64,000 nt of DNA from Octopus vulgaris. Taxonomy: Eukaryota. Below the pieces are notes generated by a model. The model made no database searches, was not told where the DNA came from, and saw only the letters and a list, made by a program, of their open reading frames with translations. The stretch's first letter is position 1. Every line of letters begins with the position of its first letter. The DNA lies in NCBI GenBank assembly GCA_951406725.2, contig OX597821.1, positions 12,152,001 through 12,216,000 on the forward strand, in the 5' to 3' direction. Below, piece after piece: positions 1 to 12,485 of the stretch. Position numbers and translations under genes: made by a program.

Positions 1-87
1 GTAAACACCCTATAATTAAGTTTGAATTCAAGGGTGGGTAGACACACATGAATACACACACACAAGTATATATATGTATATATATTC

Positions 88-275
88 TTTTATTCTTTTT
101 CTTCAGTAATTTGACTGCGGCCATGCTGGAGCACCGCCCCTAGTAGAGTAAATCGACCCCAGGGGTTATTCGTAGTAAGCTTAGTACTTATTCTATCGGT
201 CTAAGTTACGGGGACGTGAACAGCCCTGTATCGGTTGTGAAGCGATGTAGGGGGAACAAACACAGAAACATACAT
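88..275 (-). mobile_element. SINE family 1, 3' (tail) fragment
   Basis: Matches the TTTGACTGCGGCCATGCTGGAGCACCGCC...AAGTTACGGGGACGTAAAC segment of the full copies at 12056 and 53015. Confidence 0.75.
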
Positions 276-304
276 ATATATTTAAATATGTATATAAGAC
301 ATAA

Positions 305-367
<63 letters not shown>

Positions 368-1414
368 TATATACATAAAGACTTGTTTTATTTATATTTC
401 CTGAGCGCTATACTAATACAATTGTTTGTTTTTTTTCCACCTGCCTTCGTCTTTTGTCTATTTTCATAAAGCTTCCCGTTATATATATACATACACACCT
501 ATAGGATCTTTGTAGTTATCGCCAGTGCATGTCGAAATTTTAAAAATATTTAATGTATCGTATACGTGAAACTTTTGACGCTGAAGCCGTATTTATTATT
601 TATTCATTCCAGAAAGTTTTCAAATGTTACAGGTGTTGCAAGTTTGATAATTTTCAGAATTTTCAGCCAACCAAAAAACCGCGTGTTCGCTGCCTCTTCC
701 ATCATCTGTCACAGTAGCGAGAAGGTAATGGTGTGCACCGGATTGTCAAAATAGTAAACAGTGACAAACACTAAAAGATTTGTGAGCAAATTAAATATTT
801 AAAAGCTACGAGCAAACGAACAGGAGTTGCTAGATATAGCAGTCAAAACATTAAAATAAAATATGTGCAAAGTAAACAGTGGAAAACGTTAAATTAGTTG
901 CGAGCAAATTAAATATTCAAAAGCTACGATCAAACCAACAGTAGTTGCTAGAAATAACAGTCAAAGCATTGCTTATAACAAACATTTATTAGTTTAAAAA
1001 CACAAGAACGAATGTTTGTAATACACTTCAGTATTTCATAAAATAATTTATCTTCTCACATCTCTCTTCTCTACATAAATTCACAAAGATAAGAGTCAAG
1101 CGCGGAACGGTGTGTCCCACACCGTCGTTTGTTTACACGCTTTAAACTACCCAGGGACTCTCAACTTGGTGGTTACACTCCTTGTGCGCATGCGCAGCAT
1201 CTTTGGTTACTATCGGAACAGAGTTCTTTGCAATCAGCTACGGAACACGTGGTGCTTATTTGCTTAATATGCTAACAGAACTTCACAGTGATGTGTAAAG
1301 CTCTCGCTTCTGATTGGCTAAAATACGCAAATTTTGCAAAGTTTCGAGGCTAATGACTTTTTAGTAATGAATTTATAGGCAAAATGAATTTCACGTAAAA
1401 ATCAAGTTTTATCG

Positions 1415-1999
1415 TTCTCATCACAAATGAAACCCAAGTGTCTTTTTGGTCAACTGAAAGCAGTTCTCGCACAAACTTGGCCGACACGCGTCTCATAATC
1501 AAATCTTCAGTGACAATGAACTGAACTGAACCGTAACTAATCTGCACCTCCTCTAATATCTCACCGATGGTGATTCGATGTTTTCCAATCACGGCTGCCC
1601 GCACATCTGCGATGTATTTCTCAGTTCTTCTGTTTGCAGGTCTCCGAGAACTTTCGTCAATATCAACATTTTTCGGCCATCTACGAAACGTCTGAACCAC
1701 TTATATACTCGTGTTCATCTCATTCACTCCTCTCCATACGCTTTCCGAAATTTTGCTTGAGGCCTCTGAGCAGGTAACGCAATGTCAATTTTCTCCGTCA
1801 CGGGCATTGCGACGATCACACGCTATACACGTTCTTTCCAAGCACTGTGCTGTAATCAGCAGAAGTGAGCTAGAACGTTAAGACTTAGTGTTCATGCACA
1901 GGAGTGTTCAATGTCAATCTGTGCCAAGCGGATTGTCTCTGCATGTTTTAGTTTTTTTATTAAGACAACACTCCGGAAACTTATTAATGAGACCTAGTA
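1415..1999 (-). pseudogene. Mariner transposase 5' relic (HTH DNA-binding region) with one probable TIR
   Basis: ORF 1350-1700 contains RITIGEILEEVQISYGSVQFIVTEDLIMRRVSAKFV, typical of the mariner N-terminus; TIR-like TACTAGGTCTCATTAATAAGTTTCCGGAG (minus) at ~1971-1999. Confidence 0.75.
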
Positions 2000-2214
2000 T
2001 ACATAAACTTGCATATATATATATAAGTGGTAATAAGGAAACCGGCTTCGTGATTAATTTTTATACTATGTATCTTTTCATTTGTCTTGCTCGCTTACGT
2101 TCTGATTTTCGTTGAAATTTCTTGAGAAGAATCTTTTCTTAGTGTTCAGACAATATGGGGTCTACATCTAGCATAATGGATGTCCACTTAGTGGTCATCC
2201 AACTTATATGTATG

Positions 2215-2257
<43 letters not shown>

Positions 2258-2260
2258 TAT

Positions 2261-2561
2261 GTGGAGGCGGTTAGGGCAGCGGACTCGCGGTCGTAGGATC
2301 GTGGTTTCGATTCCCAGACCGGGCGTTGTGAGTGTTTATTGAGCGAAAACACCTAAAAAGTCCACGAGGCTCCGGCAGGAGGTGGTGGTGATCCCTGCTG
2401 TACTCTTTCACCACAACTTTCTCTCACCCTTTCTTCTGTTGGCCTGCTCGCTTAGCCAGCGGGGTGGCGTCATTTAAAGGCTAAAACAATGCGAAGCGCA
2501 TTGTGACCAGCGATGTGTAGCAACATCTGATAGCCTGGTCGGTCACAGTGATCACGGTGAT
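2261..2561 (+). mobile_element. SINE family 3 (tRNA-Arg-like head, TCG anticodon position; OR-type octopus SINE by recollection)
   Basis: GGTTAGGGCAGCGGACTCGCGGTCGTAGGATCGTGGTTTCGATTCCC tRNA-like head; near-identical inverted copy at 47483-47758. Confidence 0.8.
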
Positions 2562-2564
2562 ATA

Positions 2565-2656
<92 letters not shown>

Positions 2657-2663
2657 AGTGTGC

Positions 2664-2700
<37 letters not shown>

Positions 2701-2735
2701 GTGTTGGGTGTGGGTGTGTGTGTCTGCGCGTGTGT

Positions 2736-3120
2736 TCTTTTATTCCGTTATTTGTTTCAGTCATGCTGTCTGCGGCTATGCTGAAGCACCACCTTGAAGG
2801 TTTTTATTGGAAGAAATAGGCCGCAGGACTTATTCTTTTTAAGCCTAGTACTTATTCTATCGGTGCAAGTAACCGAACCACTAAGTTACGGGGAGTTATT
2901 CACACCAACAACGACTGACAAAAAGAGACACAAGCACACACACAGACATAAATATATATAGGACAGGCTTCTTTCCTTTTCTGTCTACCAAGTCCACTCA
3001 CAGGGCTCTGGTCCGCCTGAGGCTATAGTAGGAGGCACTTGCCCAATGTGCTACGCAGTGGGCTCAGCTGGAACCATGTCGTTGGGAAGCAAGCTTCTTA
3101 CCACACAGCCACGCCTGCGC
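2736..3120 (-). mobile_element. SINE family 1, diverged full copy
   Basis: Head-core-microsatellite-tail layout homologous to 48704-49117. Confidence 0.8.
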
Positions 3121-3573
3121 TATACATATATACGTGAGTGTGTACGTGTGTTGTGTGTATTTATAAATGTCTCTGTGTGTGTAAGCACTTGCTGTATTTA
3201 TGTTCCTGTGTTGTGTCTCAAATATGACTTAGCCAGGTGAGAAATAGGAGTGCGTGATTGAAAGATTTTCTGACAACAATATATTTTATTAAAGCACTAT
3301 AAGATGTATATGCTCATGGCTGCAGAAAATGACCGAACATAAATGTGTTCCACAGTCTCCGATAAATGAGCTTTGGCACTTTGTTGACGTCGGGTCAATA
3401 TTCTATTGCAAATCTAATGCAAATAATACAATTGTATTTTGATATAGCCATGAAATATCGATCTGAAAAAAACATAAGTATGTTGAAATGAACGCAAAAC
3501 AGAGGTAGGAAAAAACACCGATGGCGACAATAACTCGTCGGGACACATACATGACAGAATTTCATGCAAAAAT

Positions 3574-3735
3574 GTAGGAGTGACTGTGTGGTAAGTAGCT
3601 TGCTTACGAACCACATGATTCCGGTTTGAGTCCCACTGCGTAGCACCTTGGGCAAGTGTCTTCTACTATAGCCTTGGGCCGATCAAAGCCTTTTGAGTGG
3701 ATTTGGAAGACGGAAATTGAAAGACGCCAGTCGTA
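3574..3735 (+). mobile_element. SINE family 1, 5' half (tRNA-like A/B boxes plus CCTTGGGCAAG core)
   Basis: TGACTGTGTGGTAAG A-box-like and GGTTTGAGTCCC B-box-like motifs; ends at the internal (TA)n. Confidence 0.8.
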
Positions 3736-3747
3736 TATATATCTATA

Positions 3748-3828
<81 letters not shown>

Positions 3829-3881
3829 ATGTATGTATGTATGTATGTATGTATGTATGTATGTATGTGTATATATATATA

Positions 3882-4417
3882 CAGGGTGTCCCCAAAAAAT
3901 GTATACACACCTTAAATAATTGTAAATTTGGGGTTTATTATAATTCGAATAATTTTCAACATGTAAAAGAATTTACAAATATCATTCTATTGTCTTGTTA
4001 TCGCAAGTTCTCAAACTGATGTCCGTTCTGCTCCAGACACTGCTGACAACGCGAAGCGATGGAATGGCACACATCATGGAACAACTCCCTTGGGATATTC
4101 GTACATTCATGTTCAATGGTTGCCCTCAATTGAACGACTATTGCAGGTTTCTGTGCGTAGACTTTGTCCTTTAGGTATCCCCATAAAAACAAGTCTAGTG
4201 GTGTGAGGTCTGGTGAACGTGGAGGGTATTCGACAAAACCTCTCCGTCCAATCCACCTGTTTGGCAAGATCCCATCAAGAAAGGATCTAACATCGCGATG
4301 GTAGTGTGGAGGTGCCCCATCTTGCTGGAAATAAAACTCTTCCTGTTCAAAGTCCTCTCTAATGCTTGGCATGAAATACTGTTGCAGCAAGTGTATACAT
4401 TTTTTTGGGACACCCTG
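3882..4417 (-). mobile_element. Internally deleted Tc1/mariner-superfamily element, DD41D (rosa-type), 27-bp TIRs, TA flanks
   Basis: TIRs CAGGGTGTCCCMAAAAAATGTATACAC at 3882-3908 and 4391-4417; ORF 3998-4390 has FQQDGAPPH...PPRSPDLTPLD with 41 residues between the 2nd and 3rd Asp. Confidence 0.9.
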
Positions 4418-4440
4418 TATATATATATATATATATATAT

Positions 4441-5976
4441 TAATAAAAAGAATTCCAACCTTGTCTGATTTTCACGTTTTATTTACAATCTTATAATGAT
4501 ATATTATAAGATAATATATTATAATTGAATAAAATAAAATGAAATAGTAGAATGTTAAATATTCATTCTGATTGAACTAGTACTTTCATGCATTGAATTC
4601 TGCAATCTTCGGGTTCATGTAGTAGTGTTGACAGTCATGCTTCACAATTTTTGACTGTAGCAAGATGAGTGATTCTGTGCTATAAATACAGCTGGGTAGG
4701 CTCCAGAGTGCTAGGTTTTGCAAACTGTATTCTGACCAATCAGTGTGTAGTATCACTCAATTACTTAAGCTGATTGGTTGGTTGAGCTGATTGGTTTAGG
4801 CATCACGCTTTGTTGGACAGGTCAAGAGTCCTGTATCTTGACCCTGGCCGAAGCAGCAATTGTTGGGTTATTTTTAGAAATGTTGTAAATATCCTTTGTC
4901 AGAGATTTTTATATTTTTATATTTCAATTGTCATCATCATCATTGTCAGCACCTTAATTATTGTTGCTAGTGGTGATGGTGGTGGCAATAGAACTTTTAA
5001 CCCTAAATAAGATAATTTTCCTGCTATCTTCGTCTTGATCACCTTTAGTATTGTTGTTGTTGTTAGTGGTCATGGTCGTAGCAGTGGAAGTAATACCTCT
5101 AAGTATTATTATTATTGCTTATTTAGCTTGGGTTCGAATTTATCAATAAAATTCTTTTCTCTGATTTTCCTCTCGATTTCACTTGGGCTGTGTAATTTGT
5201 AGAATGGAAATATTATATATATTTTCCGACCACATGTTGCTAGGTGGTTACTCAAAGGTATCTGACGGACCTCTGGGTCTCTAATCTGTTGCCGGTGTAC
5301 ACGTGAGCGTTCTAATAGTGCGTTTCCCGTCTGACCTACATATATTTCTTCACAATTTGGGCATTTGATGCAGTAAATTAAATTTCTGCTTTTGCAGTTC
5401 ATATTCGCGTTTGTGAATATTTTCCCGGTTTTTGTGTTTATATATTGACCGGTATGTATGAATTGGCATGTGCCACATCGGCTATCATTGCATTTAGATA
5501 CCGTGAATGTTTGGTCTTTGTTGCTGAGGTCAAATTTTGCCTTTGTTAGTAATGTTTTCAAGTTTTTAGGCTGTCTTTTACTAAGCACCATAGCTCGATC
5601 CTTGATTATGTCTTTTAATTCATTACTTTGGGCAATGATTGGTAGGTTTGCTTTGGCAATGTTGAAGATATTCTGGTGACATGGGTTGTGTGTCACTATG
5701 AATGGTATGACTTGTTCTTGTTTTCCTCTTCCTTGGGTTGTCCTAAGTTGTTGTATAGGTATTTTTATAGCCCGCTGTATGCCATTTTCTATAAGTAGAG
5801 ATGGGTATTTTTGTTTGAGCAAAAATTCTCTTAGTTCTATTAGGCGTTTGTTCCTGATATTTGCATCTTCTACAATAGTACAAATTCTTCTGGCTAGGCA
5901 GTATGGGATGTTACGTTTTGTATGTGGTGGATGGCACGACTTAAAATTTAGGTATTGATGTGTGTCTGTGTGTTTA
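4441..5976 (-). mobile_element. 5'-truncated Penelope-like retroelement (RT C-terminus + GIY-YIG endonuclease + 3' region with hammerhead)
   Basis: Open frame 5112-~5976: [54 protein letters not shown]; flanked by (TA)n on both sides; the predicted N-terminus upstream of ~5976 is only microsatellite/SINE read-through. Confidence 0.9.
4573..4617 (-). ncRNA. Minimal type I hammerhead ribozyme motif of the PLE 3' region (core U4>C variant)
   Basis: Minus strand: UGAAC-CCGAAGA-UUGCA gaauucaa UGCAU-GAAA-GUAC-UA-GUUCA; stem I UGAAC/GUUCA, palindromic stem III AGUACU. Confidence 0.75.
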
Positions 5977-5978
5977 TA

Positions 5979-6076
<98 letters not shown>

Positions 6077-6084
6077 TGTATGTA

Positions 6085-6298
6085 TGTATGTGTGTGTATA
6101 TGTTTGTCCCCACAATATTGTTTGACAACAGATGGTGGTGTGTTTACACCCCCATAAGTTAGCGGTTCGGCAAAATTTACCGATGGAATAAGTACTAGAT
6201 ATCGAAAGAATAAGTCCTGGGGTCGATTTGCTCGACTAAAGGCGGTGCTCCAACATGGCCACAGTCAAATGACTGAAACAAATAGAGGAGTAAAAGAT
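6085..6298 (+). mobile_element. SINE family 1, 3' half
   Basis: GTTTGTCCCC...GGCGGTGCTCCAACATGGCCACAGTCAAATGACTGAAAC tail, same orientation as the 5' half at 3574. Confidence 0.8.
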
Positions 6299-6499
6299 TA
6301 ATTATAATGTAACATACCAAGTATAACTGCGAGACTGGGGTTCCGTAGGAAGTACATATACTTGATATTTATGGTAAATGAATTCAGGACTACAAACGTC
6401 AATGTCAAATGAAATGTTTTATGCGGCTGATTAAATGAGACAATATAGCGAGGGATAGCAATTTAGAATAAGGTTTTATCAATATTTTTATCGGTGTCT

Positions 6500-7060
6500 A
6501 AGGCAGCGAGCTGGCAGAATCGTTAGCACTCCGGGCAAAATGCGTAGCATATTTGGCCTGCCGTTACTTTCTCGGTTCAAATTCCGCCGAGGTCGACTTT
6601 GCCTTTCATCCTTTCGGGGTCGATTAAATAAGTGCCAGTTACTCACTGGAGTCGATATAATCGACTTAATCACTTTGTCTGTCCTTGTTTGTCCTCTCTG
6701 TGTTTAGCCCCTTGTAGATAGTAAAGAAATAGGTATTTCGTCTGCCGCTATGTTCTGAGTTCACATTCCGCCGAGGTCGACTTTGCCTTTTATCCTTTCG
6801 GGGTCGATTAAATAAGTACCAGTTACGCACTGGGGTTGATATAATCGACTTAATCCATTTGTCTGTCCTTGTTTGTCCCCTCTGTGTTTAGCCCCTTGCG
6901 GGTAGTAAAGAAATAGGTATTTTGTCCGTATCTATGATCTGAGATCAAATTTCGCACAAGTCGACTTTGACTTTTATCTTTTCGGGTTCGAAACAATAAA
7001 GTACCAGTTGATTACTGGGGTCGTTATAATCAACTTACTTACCCGAAGATTTGAAACCAG
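6500..7060 (+). mobile_element. SINE family 2 (core GCCTTTCATCCTTTCGGGGTCGAT..AAGTACCAG, Meta-domain-like) with ~180-bp internal tandem triplication
   Basis: Head GGCAGCGAGCTGGCAGAATCGTTAG; the B-box/core/tail block repeats at ~6575, ~6755 and ~6940 (third copy degraded). Confidence 0.8.
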
Positions 7061-7179
7061 TATTTATATTAGTGTATATGATTGTAATAACAATTGGCGT
7101 TACAATAATAACAACAGCAATAAGAGGAGGAGGAATTAGTAGCCGAGAAACAGTAGTTTTAGTATTATACACACTTTTG

Positions 7180-7477
7180 TTCCTTCTCAATCGAACCCTG
7201 ACTCATAGGGCCGGTTTCCCGGTTTCCTTGGTGTATAGGTTTTCCACCTGGAGAGGACGCCGGTCCGTCGTAGGTGAGCTGCAAGATGCCGGAGGAAAGA
7301 GTGAGAGACATTTGTGGTGAAAGAATCAGCAGAAGTTCGCCATTACCTTCTGCCGGAGTCGAGTGGAGCTTAGGTGTTTTCGCTCATAAACACACATATC
7401 GCCAGGTCTGAGATTCGAACCTGCGATCCCTTGACCGCGGGTCTGCTACTCTAACCACTAGGCCATGTACCTCCACA
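7180..7477 (-). mobile_element. SINE family 3 variant (same tRNA-like head, different 3' tail)
   Basis: Minus GTGGAGGTACATGGCCTAGTGGTTAGAG...GGTTCGAATCTC; shares the GAGCGAAAACACCTAA core with 2261-2561. Confidence 0.75.
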
Positions 7478-8322
7478 TTATGCACTGTTATTAGTTGTAT
7501 AAAGAATTTATAGTCGTATAAAGATAGTTGTTTATCCCCATGGTGATCAATCAGACTTATGAACAAATGCCTTCCTTCAAACACATTTAGTTTTACTTTA
7601 TGGGAGCTATATAGCACTTTAAATCTTTCCTAAACAAGATTAGAACGCAACTACAGCCCCCACCACACATTCCTACCGATTATTTCGAAACCTAGTTTCT
7701 CTGATACTAATATATCTTTTAGCGAACGCAGATACTTAACCTAACGAAATCAGCTTCTCAAAGGCTGGCCTTCAAATTGAGAGCCAGATAATTCCGGAAA
7801 TTTATCCATCAGCAGCGCTTCTAAGTTCTAGGTGAGATAAACAATAGAGCAATACTTTCTTGTCCGTGAGGGTGTTCCTACTACACACACATATTAGAAA
7901 ATCTTACATCGCATCTAGTGAAAGGTCACAGAATTGATTGACATACAAACCACACCATTTGCCCCGTAGTCGTGCGACCAACTCCTCCATTTTTAACACT
8001 ACTAAACTGAACAAAACCTTTTCAAGCTACATACTCTCGAGCAACATATATTGCGGCACTCGACGCAGTCGATTTTATTCTCATTCATTACCTGTATCAT
8101 CCTTCTCTAACCAAGAGATTCATTAATCAATGTGATTAAACCTTTCTTTCTCGATTGCCATTTTCCTGTATTGATATTCCAGATGTTCAACGACTAGCAA
8201 CAGCTTCCGTGGAACATGATCTACATCAGTCAGACGTACCATGGGAGCCAGTGGAATTTGTTTTTACGACACTCGCTTCCACACCAGATTATATATATAT
8301 ATATGTCTATGTATATATATAT

Positions 8323-8670
8323 TGGTAAAAACGGTAAGATAACAAAAGAAACAAAGAGACCTCAATATTATGTAAATAGAGGAATTTATCTGTAAATGTA
8401 ATATGTGACAATTATTCGGTAGCCAAGATAAAACTATGAGTTTCGGATGCCGAAGTGAAATCCACACTACCACCTCTTCAGTTATCCGGATATTTTGTCT
8501 AAGTAGCGGTCAATAACACAGTAATTTCCCTTTGTATAACGGTCATCTATCATAGCGTTTTTTCCGATGGCCGGATAACTGAATAGATGGTAGCGTGGAT
8601 TTCCACCTCGGCATCCGAAACTCAGAGTTGTATCTTGGCTAGGGAATAATTGTCACATATTACATTTACA
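8323..8670. mobile_element. Inverted pLTR-like element with a hammerhead motif in each arm, inside (TA)n
   Basis: Arms 8391-8489 and 8571-8670 are reverse complements; hammerhead motifs at 8427-8486(-) and 8574-8634(+). Confidence 0.8.
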
Positions 8671-8689
8671 TATATATATATATACATAT

Positions 8690-8764
<75 letters not shown>

Positions 8765-9101
8765 TTTAAAATAGGATAAAATCTTTATGAGTAATTTTCA
8801 AGTGGCTAATTTTACATAGTTATATATATGTGAACAATTCTACGTATGATGCTGGATACATTTTGGTGTTCGTCTGGGGTGTTGCTTTTTTGTTCATTTT
8901 TTCTTGATTATGCATGCACTGACGATTAACAATTGTATTTTGTGCACTAATTATGGAATTATGATTTGCAGCTGAATCTATTTTTAAAAGGCTCGCTTCG
9001 AGAGTTGCATTCCCTCGCGTTCGGTACAAAATGTGTTTATTATGGTAGTTTTGACTTTAAGAGTCCCTCCTAGCGTGAGGCATTTATGTATAGTAATGCC
9101 C

Positions 9102-9153
<52 letters not shown>

Positions 9154-10116
9154 AGAGAGAGGGAGATAGAGAGAGAAAGAAAGAGAAAAGGAGAAAGAGA
9201 CAACAGGCAGACAGGAAGCGGTCACAATGATGGTTATTCGATGGCTCGGTCACGACGATTTTGATGGTTGCATTGGCTATGCTTATTTGGCAAAAGAGGA
9301 TATCGTGCCAGATGGAAGGATGTGTAGAGGGCGAGACAATATTGACAGCTGGCTGAAACAGTTTTGATAGCAGTAGCAATAGCAAATCGTTTAATACTGT
9401 TAGAATCAGTCTTCTTGGTGGTAGATTTGGCAATCAAATTAATAGTAGACTCCTGGTTCGTGATATAACAAAAAATAAGCAAATAAATAAACGAGAAATA
9501 TAAAATAAAATGGAGTAAATAAATGACAAACTGGATGACTATATCGAATTCTCTGTAATTGATTAAACTGAAGAATCTAAGGAACTTTTAGATTAGGTAC
9601 AAAGATAGACGCTTACAATGTGTAATTGAATCAAAATATCGCGGTAGAGACACAAGATTAGTTCAGCTGATAAAAAGTAAAAAGGTTTAAAGATTATCTG
9701 ATTAATATAATGTTTACTGATCGGACGAAATAATAGAATAGGTCATAGAAAAGTTTTTTTTTTTCTATTTCTTGCGATAGCCATGGTTACGTTTGTACAC
9801 ACCGACATTATACACACTGAGACGAGCACTTGGTAATTTGTTAATACACTTACAATGACGTAGTCTTTGCAAGTACTACATATAACTGAGTGTGTTATAC
9901 ATCTATATGTAACTATATATGTGTATACGTACCTATGCATACACACGTACACACACACACTCAAATACATATAGTTATATGTATGTATATATGTATCTAC
10001 CGATCCGTTTATTTATCTACTCATCTACCTGTTTCTCTTTCTCTCCGTATATACAGACACATACATATATATTCATACATTCATATATCTATACACAAAC
10101 ACACACACATATGTAA

Positions 10117-10159
<43 letters not shown>

Positions 10160-10486
10160 GCATGTACATGTGCATGGGGTGTTTGTGTCTGCGACCTTTC
10201 CAAACGTCAATGTAGGTGTTCGAGCGTGCATGTCGTGTATAATTGAATGACGTGTCTACTCACTCTCGCAAGTTATTTGTTCTATTGATAATCGACCTCA
10301 CTGTTCAAGACTACATTTTCGTTTCATTTGGATTATATTTGATTTAATTATTTTCTGTTTTTCTAGTGTCGTTGAGAAAACTAAGTTTAGACGGATGGAA
10401 TCACATAGTACATTACTTCACAGAACAATACAACACATACATATATATATATATATATATACACGCGTACGTACACACACACACAC

Positions 10487-10520
<34 letters not shown>

Positions 10521-10602
10521 CTACATACATACTTATACATACATACATTTTTATATATATATATATATATCTATACCTACATTTATATATATATATAACT
10601 AC

Positions 10603-10649
<47 letters not shown>

Positions 10650-10811
10650 TGCAGAATCACATTCATAAACGGCTGTAGCTCGCACATACATACGCAAGAC
10701 ATAGAAAGGTATTAAACACCTACCATGTATGTATATAATGTGTGTGCGAGTGTGTGACTGTGTCTGTGTGTATACACACATACACACACATTAGATATAT
10801 TGCGATACACA

Positions 10812-10839
10812 GGTGATAGATAAATAGATAGATAGACAA

Positions 10840-10916
<77 letters not shown>

Positions 10917-10925
10917 CAGATAGAC
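10812..10925. repeat. (GATA)n microsatellite
   Basis: Direct reading. Confidence 0.95.
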
Positions 10926-11470
10926 TGATTGATAAAGAGAGAGACAGGAAAAGAGTGAGATAAAGAGCAATTGTTCTCGTATTTAAGTAATCTAGTTCTC
11001 TCTTTTCGTCTATCCTCGCAGCCTGTTGTTCATGCTGTCCCATTATATACTATTCGCGCAACTTTGATTTCTATCACATCGTTCATACTCTCGCTACACT
11101 CGTAGATTAAACTTTGGTGCAATTATCGTTTATACAACATATGATCCAAATATCTGGACATGACGGAGAATCAACTAAATTCCGTGTCTGTCCCTGTAAT
11201 CATCGTCAACCACTCAAAATATATAATAACCACTGGTATTTTGAGCCAAATTCCCCGCTAAAATGCGTGAAAATTTTAAACTAATGCCTGAAGAAATATA
11301 CGGCATAGCTCCAAAGATTTGCATCTCATGGTTCATTTGACAAATATGAAATTTTGTAAGCAGTTAGATATACTTAAAATCTGCAGGTGCATTTAAAATA
11401 TATATACTCACATATGGGGGTGTGAGAGCACGCACGTATTAGTGTGTGTATATATGTGTGTGTGCGTTCA

Positions 11471-11516
<46 letters not shown>

Positions 11517-12021
11517 ATGTATAGAAAGAAAAGATGCTGAAAAGGCAATTATTGGATTTTATAAAGTTTTTTAATATATACATATATATAGTGATCTGGT
11601 TTCATAATTGACAATGTACAGCAAAATATCGGAATTTCAAGCTCTACACTGACTCACACCACTGAAGAAAATTTTATATCTTGGAATGGCTATCAAATTT
11701 TATACTTGTGTAGCTGTACAGAAGTACAAAAATAATGAGTCCTACACACACACACGCATTGGGGATTTTATCCTGGGTTTTGAAGTCAAGAATTATATTT
11801 AAAACATCTACTATAGGCGTGTCAAGGGCCTATATTAAGTAGTTTCGCTTCACAGTAACTTGGTTCAATGTAATTCTGTCGTAACTTGGCAACAAGTATC
11901 TGAGATTTTAATCTTGATTTACACTGTACCTAGCGAGCCGCCGGTTTTAGAGAGAAACTCTGATGCTACCCGTTCTCTCTCTCCCTCCCTCTCTCATTCT
12001 GTATATATGTATATATGTATA

Positions 12022-12055
<34 letters not shown>

Positions 12056-12057
<2 letters not shown>

Positions 12058-12445
12058 CTCTTTTACTTGTTTCAGTCATTTGACTGTGGCCATGCTGGAG
12101 CACCGCCTTTAGTCGAGCAAATCGACCCCAGGACTTATTCTTTGTAAGCCTAGTACTTATTCTATCGGTCACTTTTGTGGAACCGCTACGTTACGGGGAC
12201 GTAAACACACCAGCATCAGTTATCAAGCTATGTTGGGTGACAAACACAGATACACAAACATATACACACACATACACATATAAATATACATATATACGAC
12301 GGGCTTCTTTAAGTTTCCATCTCAAAGCTTTTGTCGGCCCGAAGATATGGTAGAAAACACTTGCCCAAGGTGCCACGCAGTGGGACTGAACACGGAACCG
12401 TGTTGTTGGTAGGCAAGCTACTTACCCCACAGCTACTCCGACGCC

Positions 12446-12446
<1 letters not shown>
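12056..12446 (-). mobile_element. SINE family 1, full copy
   Basis: Homologous over its length to 53015-53444 and 48704-49117. Confidence 0.85.

Positions 12447-12485
<39 letters not shown>

Noticed and set aside
520-1410. Degenerate inverted arms (560-680 vs 1310-1400) and a 118-bp-period duplication (784/902)
   Set aside because: Too diverged to define ends or target duplications; probably old repeat debris
9234-9360. Possible host exon on the minus strand after a TTTCAG acceptor
   Set aside because: No recognisable protein motif or partner exons; cannot be supported without RNA-seq
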